From Bacteriovoracia bacterium (lineage in GTDB: Bacteria > Bdellovibrionota > UBA1018 > JBFWNL01): 16,753 nt of DNA. Shown here piece after piece: positions 1 through 8,845 of this stretch (position 1 is the stretch's first letter; each line of letters opens with the position of its first letter). The DNA is taken from the NCBI GenBank assembly GCA_050251055.1, contig JBFWNL010000016.1, positions 1-16,753 on the forward strand, written 5' to 3'. A program made the position numbers and the translations under genes. Below the pieces are notes generated by a model. The model worked only from the letters and a program-made list of their open reading frames with translations, was not told where the DNA came from and made no database searches.

Positions 1-539
1 GCCACCACGGGAATGATCGGACACTGGGCATCGATCGCCAAATAAAACGCCCCTTTTTTGAAAGGCAGGAAACCTTCGAGCGACTTGTTGCGGGTGCCTT
101 CCGGAAAAATGCAGATGCTATGCCCCTTGCGCTTGATGCGGTCGACGGCTTCCGCCAGGCTCCCCACGGCGCTCCGGCGGTTTCCGCGATTGATCATGAC
201 GTTGCCGCCGCCGACGAAGAACCAGCCTAGGATCGGCACGTAAACAAGCTCGCGTTTCCCCACCATCACTCCGAGCTTTGGGAAAACGGTTCCGTAAACC
301 GCCATATCCAGCCCGCTCTGGTGATTCGCGACGTACACGCAAGGTCCGACGCTATCGCTGCGGTGTTTGTCGATGGGATGGATTCGCACGCCGCCGATGT
401 AGCGCGCGCCGAATCCGAAGGCGTTCAGCACGAAACGGTTCCAAATCGGGTTCTTCCAACGGGTCAAACTCAGCAGAAAACCAAAGAGGAAACAGAGCAA
501 GAGCCAAAGCGTGAGCAGAAGCGCCCGCAGCTGCGGCAT
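1..539 (-). CDS. plsC: 1-acyl-sn-glycerol-3-phosphate acyltransferase (3' end runs off the window)
   Basis: Not in the ORF track; translated by hand from ATG 539, directly after the lyase stop: MPQLRALLLTLW...CVYVANHQSGLD...GKREL...NVMINR...CIFPEGTR...LPFKKGAFYLAIDAQCPIIPVV. Contains the HxxxxD and FPEGTR acyltransferase motifs. Confidence 0.93.
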   Translation of the reverse strand, partial: MPQLRALLLTLWLLLCFLFGFLLSLTRWKNPIWNRFVLNAFGFGARYIGGVRIHPIDKHRSDSVGPCVYVANHQSGLDMAVYGTVFPKLGVMVGKRELVYVPILGWFFVGGGNVMINRGNRRSAVGSLAEAVDRIKRKGHSICIFPEGTRNKSLEGFLPFKKGAFYLAIDAQCPIIPVV

Positions 540-1484
540 CTACATCACTCCCCGAACTTCGGAAAGATTCACGCCCACGGACGAGGCGCGGGCCTGGAGG
601 TAGCGGCTCGAAAGCGGCCGGCCCATTTTCTGGGCAAGATTGAGGCTCACCTGCGCGAGCTTCTCAAGCTGAATTCCCGTATCCATACCCATGTCTTCGA
701 GCATGAACACCAGGTCCTCGGTCGCGAGGTTGCCCGACGCGCCGGGGGCGAACGGGCAGCCTCCCAAGCCACCGGCCGAACTGTCGACCGTGCGCACGCC
801 GATATCGAGTGAGCGCAGCGTGTTGGCCAGCGCGGTGCCGCGCGTGTCGTGAAAATGCACGGCGGTTTTTTTCACGCCCAAAAGCCTGAAGGTGGGTTTC
901 ACGACCTCCGTCACGCCCCGCGGGGAGGCCACGCCGATGGTGTCGCCAAGCGAGATCTGGGACACGCCCATCTTTGCAAGCGCCTGCACTACTTTCAAAA
1001 CTTTCTTGGGGGCGATCTTGCCCTCGAACGGGCAACCGAAGGCCGTTGAGATGTATCCCCGTACCGTCATGCCCGCCTTGCGCGCGTCCTTTACCAACGG
1101 CGCGAACTCGTCCAGCGACTCTTGAATGCTCATGCGGATGTTTTTCTTCACGAACGTTTCGCTGGCGGCCGTGAACACGGCGATGTGCTTGGCACCGGCG
1201 GCGATCGCCCGCTCCAAGCCCTTCCGGTTAGGAACCAGGCTCCAAGCCCGCGTGGACTTCAGATTCAGGCGTTTCTCCCGAATCGCCTGGAAGATCGCGT
1301 CGGTGTCGCTCATCTGGGGCACCCGGTCGGGGCGGACAAAGGCGCCCAACTCCAGGTCCCTGATACCGGCGGCGACTAGGCCTTCGATGAAGCCAATCTT
1401 CGTCCCCAGTGAGACGAAACGGGATTCGTTCTGGAATCCATCACGGGGTCCAACTTCGAAAACGTTCACGGTTTTCCCGGCCAT
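540..1484 (-). CDS. liuE: Hydroxymethylglutaryl-CoA lyase
   Basis: Motifs EVGPRDGFQNE, HFHDTRGTALAN and GGLGGCPFAPGASGNLATEDL; liu context. Confidence 0.96.
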   Translation of the reverse strand: MAGKTVNVFEVGPRDGFQNESRFVSLGTKIGFIEGLVAAGIRDLELGAFVRPDRVPQMSDTDAIFQAIREKRLNLKSTRAWSLVPNRKGLERAIAAGAKHIAVFTAASETFVKKNIRMSIQESLDEFAPLVKDARKAGMTVRGYISTAFGCPFEGKIAPKKVLKVVQALAKMGVSQISLGDTIGVASPRGVTEVVKPTFRLLGVKKTAVHFHDTRGTALANTLRSLDIGVRTVDSSAGGLGGCPFAPGASGNLATEDLVFMLEDMGMDTGIQLEKLAQVSLNLAQKMGRPLSSRYLQARASSVGVNLSEVRGVM

Positions 1485-1951
1485 TACTGGATCTCCAAAA
1501 ACCGGTCCCCCGGTGAAAGCTGTTGTCCTTCCGCCACCAAAACTTTCGTGACCTTGCCCGCACTGGGTGCCTTAATGGCAAACTCCATCTTCATCGCTTC
1601 CACGAGCAAAAGCGGCGTACCCTTCTCGACCGCGTCCCCCGCCTTCACTAAAAGCTTGCGCACCTTGCCTGGGAACTGCGCGACTAGGTCGGCATCACTA
1701 CCACCCGCATCCCGCCCCCCCGCGCTCGCCTCGACGATCTCGCCGGCGTGGGCCACTCCCCCCACCTGCGCCCAAAACTTCCCATTCACTTCGGTGGCGA
1801 GCAGACGTACGCGCACCACTGCGCCCCCCACGCCCGTGCGCGTGGCGATGATCCAAGGACCGGGACGCCGCTCGAACTTCCACGCGCCTTCGGACGCACC
1901 CGCCGAATTTAGAGCTTCCTTATTGGCCGAGGTTTTGAAGAAGCGACTCAT
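1484..1951 (-). CDS. Biotin carboxyl carrier protein (C-terminal part of split methylcrotonyl-CoA carboxylase alpha subunit)
   Basis: EAMKME biotinylation motif in a C-terminal biotinyl domain; ATGA overlap with the upstream gene and a GGAGG RBS. Confidence 0.92.
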   Translation of the reverse strand: MSRFFKTSANKEALNSAGASEGAWKFERRPGPWIIATRTGVGGAVVRVRLLATEVNGKFWAQVGGVAHAGEIVEASAGGRDAGGSDADLVAQFPGKVRKLLVKAGDAVEKGTPLLLVEAMKMEFAIKAPSAGKVTKVLVAEGQQLSPGDRFLEIQ

Positions 1952-3459
1952 GCGCCGCCTCCCCCAAGCACGCGATCACTCAACCTCATCGTTCGCCAAG
2001 GCGACTCGATGGCTGGGCGATCACCGCCACCCGCGCCCATGCCGGATGAACTTACCAGGCCCGTGTCCTTCAAAGCCGCGATCAGCGCCAATTCCTCCGG
2101 TTTCGGGAACGGCGCGTAGTCCGCGAAGTCCCGATCCAAAAAGCCCGTATCGACCTTGCCCGCCACGACCGCCGGATGCTCGGCGATGGCCTGCAGAAAA
2201 TTCAGGTTGGTCCCGATCCCGTGCACGACGGTTTCGGCGAGCGCGAACCGCATACGCGCGAGCGCCTGGGCCCGCGACGGCGCGGAAACAATGATCTTAG
2301 CGAGCATGGAATCAAACTGGGTGCCGACCGCTTGGCCTTCTTCGATGCCGCTGTCCACGCGAATACCGGGACCGGTGGGCCAGCGCACCCGCTTTGCCTG
2401 CCCTGGCGTCGGAATGTATCCTTGCGCCGGGTCTTCCGCGTAGAGGCGCACCTCGATCGCGGCCCCGCGGGAAAACGGCGACGCGGCAAGTACGGCGCGG
2501 TCGGGATCTATTGCCTGCTCGAGCTGGCAATGCACGAGATCAAGTCCCGTCACGAGCTCGGTCACCGGATGCTCCACCTGCAGGCGCGTGTTCATCTCCA
2601 AGAAATAGAAGCCGCCCTGGGCGTCCACTAAGAACTCGCAGGTGCCGGCGTTGCGGTACTTCGTGGCCTTCACGATCTTAAGGGCGGCCTCGAACAACCC
2701 TTGCCGTGTAGCCTCGGGCAGATTAGGGGCCGGGGATTCTTCCCAGATTTTCTGGTGCCGGCGTTGAATCGAGCACTCGCGTTCGTGCAGGTGCACCCCG
2801 CCGCCCTGGCCGTCGCCGAAAACCTGAACTTCAATGTGGCGCGGGTTTACCGCGAGCTTTTCCAAAAAAAGCGCGCTCTGACCAAACGCCGAAAGCGCTT
2901 CCGCCGCCGCGCTCTCCGCGGCCGCTTCCACGTCTTCCAATTTATCCACCCGGCGCATGCCCTTGCCGCCACCGCCCGACGACGCTTTTAGCAACAGGGG
3001 AAAGCCGACTTTCTGAGCCGCCGTGCGCAGCGCCGTGACTCCCCCACCCGCGTCGACGAGCGCCCACGGCAAGGTGGGTACGCCATTTTTGTCGGCGAGC
3101 TGCTTCGCCTGGATCTTGCTGCCCATGAGCGCGATTGTCTCCGCACGCGGCCCGACAAAACTCAGCCCCGCCTGCTCGACCGCTTCCACAAAATGCGCGC
3201 GTTCCGAAAGAAAACCGTAGCCCGGATGCACGAGGGTCGCCCCCGTCGACTTTGCCGCGGCCATTACGGATTCAACGTCTAGATATCCCTTCACCGGTAC
3301 CACTTCATCGGCGTAGGTCACATGACGGGCTTGCTCGTCGCCGGGAGCGAAAATCCCCACCGTGCTGATGCCCATTTCGCGGCACGCTTGAAAAATCCGG
3401 CAGGCGATCTCGGAGCGGTTGGCGACCAAAAGCTTTTGCTTTCCGCGGGCCATGGTCAT
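1948..3459 (-). CDS. liuD: Biotin carboxylase (N-terminal part of methylcrotonyl-CoA carboxylase alpha subunit)
   Basis: Motifs LVANRSEIACR, HPGYGFLSE, GGGGKGMR, ERECSIQRRHQK, FLEMNTRLQVEHPVTE and RLYAEDP; no biotinyl domain in this ORF. Confidence 0.93.
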   Translation of the reverse strand: MTMARGKQKLLVANRSEIACRIFQACREMGISTVGIFAPGDEQARHVTYADEVVPVKGYLDVESVMAAAKSTGATLVHPGYGFLSERAHFVEAVEQAGLSFVGPRAETIALMGSKIQAKQLADKNGVPTLPWALVDAGGGVTALRTAAQKVGFPLLLKASSGGGGKGMRRVDKLEDVEAAAESAAAEALSAFGQSALFLEKLAVNPRHIEVQVFGDGQGGGVHLHERECSIQRRHQKIWEESPAPNLPEATRQGLFEAALKIVKATKYRNAGTCEFLVDAQGGFYFLEMNTRLQVEHPVTELVTGLDLVHCQLEQAIDPDRAVLAASPFSRGAAIEVRLYAEDPAQGYIPTPGQAKRVRWPTGPGIRVDSGIEEGQAVGTQFDSMLAKIIVSAPSRAQALARMRFALAETVVHGIGTNLNFLQAIAEHPAVVAGKVDTGFLDRDFADYAPFPKPEELALIAALKDTGLVSSSGMGAGGGDRPAIESPWRTMRLSDRVLGGGGA

Positions 3460-4256
3460 TTACTCAGCCAGTTCGGTTTGCGTTTTTCCAAAAAAGCGCG
3501 CACGCCCTCCTGCCCCTCGGGGGAGATGCGAAGGTCGGCTAGGACCTTGGCGACGTATTCCAAAGGATCTTTCTTGCGGGCGCGGTACTCAGGCCACGTG
3601 AGATTGAGCACGAGCTTTTTCGCGGCGGCCATGGCTTCGGGGCCGCATTGCAGGATATTGCCGATCACCCGCTCGACGGCAGAGTCGAGTTCGCTGGCCG
3701 CGACCACGTCATGCACCAGGCCCACTTCACGAGCGCGCGCGGCAGAAAAACGCTCGGCACTCACGAAAAGCGCGCGGGCATGGGAAGCCCCGATCTTAGC
3801 AACCACAAACGGACCGATGCACGCGGGGATAATGCCCAAGCGGACTTCGCTCAAACTAAAAACCGCATCCGTCGCCGCGATCGCGATATCGCAAATGCTC
3901 ACTAGGCCCACGCCGCCGCCAATCGCCGCCCCTTGAACGACTCCAATCACCGGCTTGGGAAATTCGTTGAGCTGCGCGAACATCTGCGCGAGCGTGCGGG
4001 TGTCTTGGAGGTTTTCTTCGAAGGTGAAGTTTACGGAGTCCTGCATCCAGTTGAGGTCGCCCCCCGCGCAGAACACCGGCCCGTTGCCACGCAGAACTAC
4101 CGCGCGGACCCGGTCGTCCAGGCCTTCCTTTTCAAAGACGCGTGAAAGCTCTTTAATGACGACGGCGTTGAAAGCGTTGCGCACATCCGGACGATTCAAG
4201 GAAACCGTCAGCACGCCGCGCACATCGATGGTGGCTTGCAGGGTTTGGTAGGCCAT
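3456..4256 (-). CDS. liuC: Methylglutaconyl-CoA hydratase (crotonase family)
   Basis: Motifs [48 protein letters not shown] and [17 protein letters not shown]; liu context. Confidence 0.92.
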   Translation of the reverse strand: MAYQTLQATIDVRGVLTVSLNRPDVRNAFNAVVIKELSRVFEKEGLDDRVRAVVLRGNGPVFCAGGDLNWMQDSVNFTFEENLQDTRTLAQMFAQLNEFPKPVIGVVQGAAIGGGVGLVSICDIAIAATDAVFSLSEVRLGIIPACIGPFVVAKIGASHARALFVSAERFSAARAREVGLVHDVVAASELDSAVERVIGNILQCGPEAMAAAKKLVLNLTWPEYRARKKDPLEYVAKVLADLRISPEGQEGVRAFLEKRKPNWLSK

Positions 4257-4292
4257 TTCCCTACTGGTTACCCCATTCGCCGGGAAAACAAA

Positions 4293-4315
4293 AGGTGCTT
4301 GAATTTCAAGTGCCT
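4293..4315. promoter_or_regulatory. Palindromic candidate operator in the divergent liuC/liuB intergenic region
   Basis: AGGTG-CTTGAA-T-TTCAAG-TGCCT with a perfect core at 4298-4310; overlaps a TTGAAT(4299)-N17-TACCAC promoter-like element for liuB. Confidence 0.5.
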
Positions 4316-4333
4316 GCCCGGTACCACAGGGTT

Positions 4334-5950
4334 ATGTCCGTACTCACTACCCAAGCCCAGCCACAAGGCGCCGAGTTCAAAGCGAACGCGAAGCATCATC
4401 AGAAGCTCGCCGCCGAGCTGGATGAGCGCTTGGGCCAGGTGCGCGGGGGCGGAGGCAAGGAAGCGCGCGATAAGCACGAGTCTCGCGGTAAGCTCTTTGT
4501 TCGCGATCGGATTCAGAAGCTGGTCGATCCGGGCACGGCCTTTCTGGAGCTGTCACCGCTCGCGGCCTGGAACATGTATAATGATGAAGCCCCGTCCGCT
4601 GGGGTCATTACCGGCATCGGCGTCGTCCACGGCCGCGAAGTCGTCATCGTGGCCAACGACGCGACCACGAAGGGGGGCACCTACTTCCCCCTCACCGTGA
4701 AGAAGCATGTTCGGGCCCAGGAAGTGGCGATGGAGAATCACCTCCCCTGCATTTACCTCGTGGATTCCGGCGGCGCCTACCTGCCCATGCAGGCGGATGT
4801 ATTCCCCGACCGCGACCATTTCGGGCGCATTTTCTATAATCAGGCCACCATGTCCGCGCGCGGGATCCCGCAGATCGCGGTTGTCATGGGTTCCTGCACG
4901 GCGGGCGGCGCCTACGTCCCCGCCATGTCCGACGAAACGATCATCGTACGCAAGCAGGGCACCATCTTCCTAGGCGGGCCTCCGTTGGTAAAAGCGGCCA
5001 CCGGTGAAGTCGTGACCGCCGAGGAACTAGGTGGCGGGGATGTGCACTGCCGCACTTCGGGCGTGACCGATCACTTGGCCGAGAACGACGAACACGCGCT
5101 GGAGATCGCGCGCGACATCGTCGCCAACCTCAATCGCGCGCGTCCCGCCGGCGAAACCGGCATGGACCGCCGCGTCCCCGAAGAACCCTTATTTGATGCC
5201 AGCGAACTCGCCGGCGTCGTCCCCGCCGATCTGCGCAAGCCGTTCGACATCCGCGAAGTCATCGCCCGGACCGTGGACGGCTCGCGCTTTCACGAGTTCA
5301 AGGCGCTCTACGGCACGACCCTCGTGTGCGGCTTCGCCCACATCTACGGCTATCCCGTGGGCATTATCGGCAATAACGGCATTCTTTTCAGTGAAAGTGC
5401 CCTGAAAGGTGCGCATTTCATCGAACTCTGCTGCCAGCGCAAGATCCCGCTCGTATTTCTGCAAAACATCACCGGCTTCATGGTCGGCAAGAAGTATGAA
5501 TCGGGGGGCATCGCCCGGGACGGGGCCAAGCTCGTGACCGCCGTCTCCAACGCCCAGGTCCCCAAGTTCACCGTCATCGTGGGCGGCAGCTACGGAGCGG
5601 GGAACTACGGCATGTGCGGACGTGCTTTCGGCCCGCGCTTCGTGTGGATGTGGCCCAACGCCCGTATCTCCGTCATGGGTGGCGAGCAAGCCGGCAGCGT
5701 GCTCGCGCAGGTGAAGGTCGAGCAGCTGGAGAAAAAGGGCCAAAAACTCAGCGAGGCCGACATCGCCAAGATTCGCGAGCCGATCATCGCCGAGTACGAA
5801 CGCGATGGAAATCCTTATAGCAGCACGGCGAGGCTCTGGGACGACGGCATCATTGCCCCCTGGAAAACACGCGAAACGCTCGCACTCGCGATCGCGGCGT
5901 CGCTCAATGCGCCCATCCCGGACACCCAGTTCGGCGTTTTCCGGATGTAG
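4334..5950 (+). CDS. liuB: Methylcrotonyl-CoA carboxylase beta (carboxyltransferase) subunit
   Basis: Motifs [53 protein letters not shown] and C-terminal FGVFRM. ATG 4334 (MSVLTT) preferred over GTG 4295. Confidence 0.96.
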   Translation: MSVLTTQAQPQGAEFKANAKHHQKLAAELDERLGQVRGGGGKEARDKHESRGKLFVRDRIQKLVDPGTAFLELSPLAAWNMYNDEAPSAGVITGIGVVHGREVVIVANDATTKGGTYFPLTVKKHVRAQEVAMENHLPCIYLVDSGGAYLPMQADVFPDRDHFGRIFYNQATMSARGIPQIAVVMGSCTAGGAYVPAMSDETIIVRKQGTIFLGGPPLVKAATGEVVTAEELGGGDVHCRTSGVTDHLAENDEHALEIARDIVANLNRARPAGETGMDRRVPEEPLFDASELAGVVPADLRKPFDIREVIARTVDGSRFHEFKALYGTTLVCGFAHIYGYPVGIIGNNGILFSESALKGAHFIELCCQRKIPLVFLQNITGFMVGKKYESGGIARDGAKLVTAVSNAQVPKFTVIVGGSYGAGNYGMCGRAFGPRFVWMWPNARISVMGGEQAGSVLAQVKVEQLEKKGQKLSEADIAKIREPIIAEYERDGNPYSSTARLWDDGIIAPWKTRETLALAIAASLNAPIPDTQFGVFRM

Positions 5951-6077
5951 GCGCTTCGGATTCGCTTCGCCGCGCTGAATTACTCGCGCATTTTTCATCT
6001 AAATTTGAGGCACGGATGGAGGGGAACGCCCTCGCGAAGGGAAAGAAAATGAAATGGGGGAGGTAAGCTACGAATGA

Positions 6078-6097
6078 CGCCGGCGAGGTCGCCGGCG
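6078..6097. other. GC-rich hairpin between convergent genes (possible terminator or stabiliser)
   Basis: CGCCGGCGA-GG-TCGCCGGCG perfect inverted repeat just after the stop of 6105..6683; no clear U-tract. Confidence 0.4.
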
Positions 6098-6104
6098 CGG
6101 CCGA

Positions 6105-6683
6105 CTACGAACGATCTATGTAGTTCAGGGAAAGCGAAGTTTTCGTGGCCTGCAGCCGCACATCCGTCACGCAATCGGTGCGCTGGTCGCCCGGCTTCCG
6201 CCGCGCCAGGCATACCGCCACGCCGCCCGGCTTAGCGAGTCCCTTGTTCTTCTTTTGTAGAAGCGCGGCGCTGATCAGCTCCTTCATACGATCAAAGTGC
6301 AGGAAAAAACCCGTGTGATTGAACTTCAGTTGCTTCAGCCGATCGGTCGCGCACTTGACCACGTCCGTGCAGGTCGGAGGCACGCCAACGTAAATCGTGC
6401 CGACGCGGTCGCCGCAGGCGTATTGCTCCAAGCGAATCGCCGTCCGGTCGGGTTGCGTAAGAGTTTCCACCACCTTTCGCGCCCGCCCGGAAGTTTGATT
6501 CAGCTTATAGGCGCCAGCACCATAGGCTTTGGCATCCAGCACCGGAGACGCTTCCGGATGAGCGCAGGGGCCCTTACCCAGCGGTCGCGGCCCCGCCTGT
6601 TTGGCCAGCACATCGGCCGCCTCCGACGTTCCCCGAGGGATAAACAACGCTAAACAAAGCAGGCTGCCGACAATTACTCGCAT
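6105..6683 (-). CDS. Hypothetical secreted protein, six Cys in the mature part
   Basis: Signal-peptide-like N-terminus (MRVIVGSLLCLALF...SEA); no family recognised. Confidence 0.75.
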   Translation of the reverse strand: MRVIVGSLLCLALFIPRGTSEAADVLAKQAGPRPLGKGPCAHPEASPVLDAKAYGAGAYKLNQTSGRARKVVETLTQPDRTAIRLEQYACGDRVGTIYVGVPPTCTDVVKCATDRLKQLKFNHTGFFLHFDRMKELISAALLQKKNKGLAKPGGVAVCLARRKPGDQRTDCVTDVRLQATKTSLSLNYIDRS

Positions 6684-6743
6684 GCCTCCATCATCAAAGC
6701 TCGCGCCGGGTGCGTCAATATCGTTTTTGAATAAAGTAAGAGA

Positions 6744-6968
6744 TCAGTTCAGGCTGACATCGAACGAGTTGAAGCTACCATCCGCTTTCACACCCCACTG
6801 CCAGCGAACGATCTGCCGACCATCCTGCAGGTCTTCGGGGCTAACGATCGTCCCCCATACCACTAGCAACACGCCTAAGAGGACCAGAAGGGGAAACGCC
6901 GTGGCGCGAAACCCCGCTTGGCTCCGACTCGAGACACGTCTGAACTTGGATTCGATTGAAGACTTCAT
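6744..6968 (-). CDS. Small single-pass membrane protein (about 74 aa) with prepilin-like N-terminus
   Basis: 3' part of ORF 6744..7109. The sigma54 motif at 7023-7038 argues for a start at ATG 6968 (or 6998). Basic leader, QAG|F, then hydrophobic FPLLVLLGVLLVVWG. Confidence 0.6.
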   Translation of the reverse strand: MKSSIESKFRRVSSRSQAGFRATAFPLLVLLGVLLVVWGTIVSPEDLQDGRQIVRWQWGVKADGSFNSFDVSLN

Positions 6969-7022
6969 CTGCTCACCCGCCCTCGCGTCGCCCTTCATTG
7001 GACAACGCACCCCACTCAGTGA

Positions 7023-7038
7023 AGCAACGGACGTGCCA
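7023..7038 (-). promoter_or_regulatory. sigma54 (-24/-12) promoter
   Basis: Minus strand reads TGGCACGTCCGTTGCT, a perfect TGGCAC-N5-TTGC match. Confidence 0.7.
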
Positions 7039-7078
7039 GGCGGAAATGCTTCCGTTGGCCCCAGGCGGCGGAGGAAGC

Positions 7079-7558
7079 TTAGCTCGGGGACGATTTTGTC
7101 CCCGACCATCGGCCACGCTTGACCAAGGCCCGCGCCAGAATTTCGAGCGCCATGCGATTACTTTCAAACTTCAGGCGGCTTTGGGCGACTTCGACCGTGA
7201 CCCATTCACAGTCAGTGTGCTCTCGTGGGTCCAGTCGGATCGGCGTGGACTCGCCCACTCCCGCGAGCGCAATTTCAAAGCACGTTTCTTCGGCCATTCC
7301 CGTGCGGCCGCCCCGCTCGGTACGAAACTGAAACTGAAACCCCAAAGCCCGAGGGGGCGGGAGCCCGATGACTCCAGTTTCCTCGGCGGCTTCGCGGGCG
7401 GCGGCCACTTCCAGGGTTTCACCCGACTCCACGCTACCGGTGACCGGCTGCCAAAATGCCCCACGCACCGGGTTCGTTTTCAAGAGTAAGACCTTGCCCG
7501 AACTATCGTGCACCCACACTTGGACTTTCTGTAAAAATGGCTTTTTTACATCGTTCAT
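7079..7558 (-). CDS. NUDIX hydrolase, NudB (dihydroneopterin triphosphate pyrophosphatase)-like
   Basis: FWQPVTGSVESGETLEVAAAREAAEETGV contains the Nudix box; the WQxVTG and EHxxxxW elements are typical of the NudB subfamily. Substrate not certain. Confidence 0.88.
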   Translation of the reverse strand: MNDVKKPFLQKVQVWVHDSSGKVLLLKTNPVRGAFWQPVTGSVESGETLEVAAAREAAEETGVIGLPPPRALGFQFQFRTERGGRTGMAEETCFEIALAGVGESTPIRLDPREHTDCEWVTVEVAQSRLKFESNRMALEILARALVKRGRWSGTKSSPS

Positions 7559-7631
7559 TTAATCCATTTATGATTTTTTATTAATAATTTCAATTGATTA
7601 AAAATCTGAGTATATTAGTTTTTCGAAAAAC

Positions 7632-7660
7632 TTGTGCGATCGAGGGGCGGGGTGTATACG
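7632..7660 (+). promoter_or_regulatory. Possible sigma70-type promoter downstream of an AT-rich tract
   Basis: TTGTGC-N17-TATACG preceded by the very AT-rich 7559-7631. Confidence 0.3.
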
Positions 7661-7715
7661 CATTGAGTCATTACTATCAAATGACCTGAATACTCTCGGG
7701 GCAAGGAGATTCACC

Positions 7716-8816
7716 ATGAAAGCAACGGCGATTTGCAGCGCGAGTCTGTTCGTTTTAGCGGTAGGGACCTCTTCCGCGCGAGCCTATGAGACCGATCAGT
7801 TTACCTTACCTAAGAAGCCGCTTCAGGACATCGGCTCCGACATCAGCGCCTATGTCTATGAGAGCCTCGAAGCCACGGTAAATGCCACCAACGATAAGAT
7901 CGATAAACTCAAAACACGCCTCGTCGAATTTGAAGCAAAGCACGTGGACCCAGCCATCATGGCGGACGTCCAAAAGCAAATCGAAGAGCTACGCTCGAAC
8001 CACCGGCTCGCCAACGAAGTCTATTCCGGAATCGACGGCGGCGTACTCCTTACTAACCGGGTGGAGGGTTGGGTAGGCGCCTTTGGCAAATTAGGAAAAA
8101 AGTACGGAAAAGATGCGACCCTGAAGTTTCGTCCGGGCATCTTTAATAACGTTTACGCCTGGGCCACCCACATTCGGGGGCCCATGTACGCTATCTTCTC
8201 ATCGACCATCAATCTTTACGGCGTCGAACTTGGCACCGACAAGCTTGGGCACTTCTTCAAGCAAGGCATCCAATATTACCGGCGCTTTACCCGCCAAGTT
8301 GAGAACGAGGTCGATCCAGCCGACGCTGAAAAAGGTTCGGTCGGCGGCGTGGGCAAGATTGCCGAAGGCTCTTACTTTGGCATGGGGCTCACCGGCGTAT
8401 ACTCCAACGCCGATCTGGCCACCAACCTCGCTGGCTTGAAGTTTTACCAAAACATCTTGGCTCCCCTCACGATTGGCGAGACCGCCTATCCGTCCATGCT
8501 TCGTGTGCGCGACGACGGTAAACTCGAAATCAATCCCGCCCCCGAAAACGCTAAAGAAACGGTGTATCGTCGCTTCGTTAGCGAGCACATGAATGAAGCC
8601 ATGAACCCCTCGTGGATCGAAGCGGGCCTCATGCGCTCGGGCGTGCGCAAGAACGTGAAGAAAAGATGTAAGGCTTGGAAAGCTAGATATCCGGAATTGA
8701 CCAAACAGATGGACGATGAACGGGTACGTCGGCTTTCGACCTGGTACGGGCAAGATTACGGGCACAAGGGTGAATTCGACAAACTCGTCAGCATTGGCAA
8801 CGTTTGCTTCGAATAA
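7716..8816 (+). CDS. Secreted hypothetical protein with DKxGH...E...DLxxNxxG motif (possible metal-dependent hydrolase)
   Basis: AAGGAG RBS at 7703-7708 before ATG 7716; signal peptide ending ARA|YETDQF; motifs GTDKLGHFF and TGVYSNADLATNLAG. Confidence 0.85.
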   Translation: MKATAICSASLFVLAVGTSSARAYETDQFTLPKKPLQDIGSDISAYVYESLEATVNATNDKIDKLKTRLVEFEAKHVDPAIMADVQKQIEELRSNHRLANEVYSGIDGGVLLTNRVEGWVGAFGKLGKKYGKDATLKFRPGIFNNVYAWATHIRGPMYAIFSSTINLYGVELGTDKLGHFFKQGIQYYRRFTRQVENEVDPADAEKGSVGGVGKIAEGSYFGMGLTGVYSNADLATNLAGLKFYQNILAPLTIGETAYPSMLRVRDDGKLEINPAPENAKETVYRRFVSEHMNEAMNPSWIEAGLMRSGVRKNVKKRCKAWKARYPELTKQMDDERVRRLSTWYGQDYGHKGEFDKLVSIGNVCFE

Positions 8817-8845
8817 CCTTTAGTTAATGACAGGAAGGGCTGCGA

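Noticed and set aside
4295-4333. GTG start for liuB at 4295
   Set aside because: It lies in the promoter/palindrome region; ATG 4334 gives a typical N-terminus.
321-5998. Long antisense or alternative-frame ORFs over the liu genes (e.g. 321..812, 1548..2294, 3322..3936, 5189..5998)
   Set aside because: Shadow ORFs of GC-rich genes that have clear motifs in another frame; no motifs of their own.
6016-6066. 16-codon ORF MEGNALAKGKKMKWGR
   Set aside because: Too short, weak RBS, no supporting features.
6999-7109. N-terminal extension of ORF 6744..7109
   Set aside because: Overlaps the NUDIX gene and contains a consensus sigma54 promoter, so it is probably non-coding.
7559-7631. AT-rich tract as a mobile-element end or origin
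   Set aside because: No transposase, integrase, terminal repeats or DnaA-box array; a divergent promoter region explains it.
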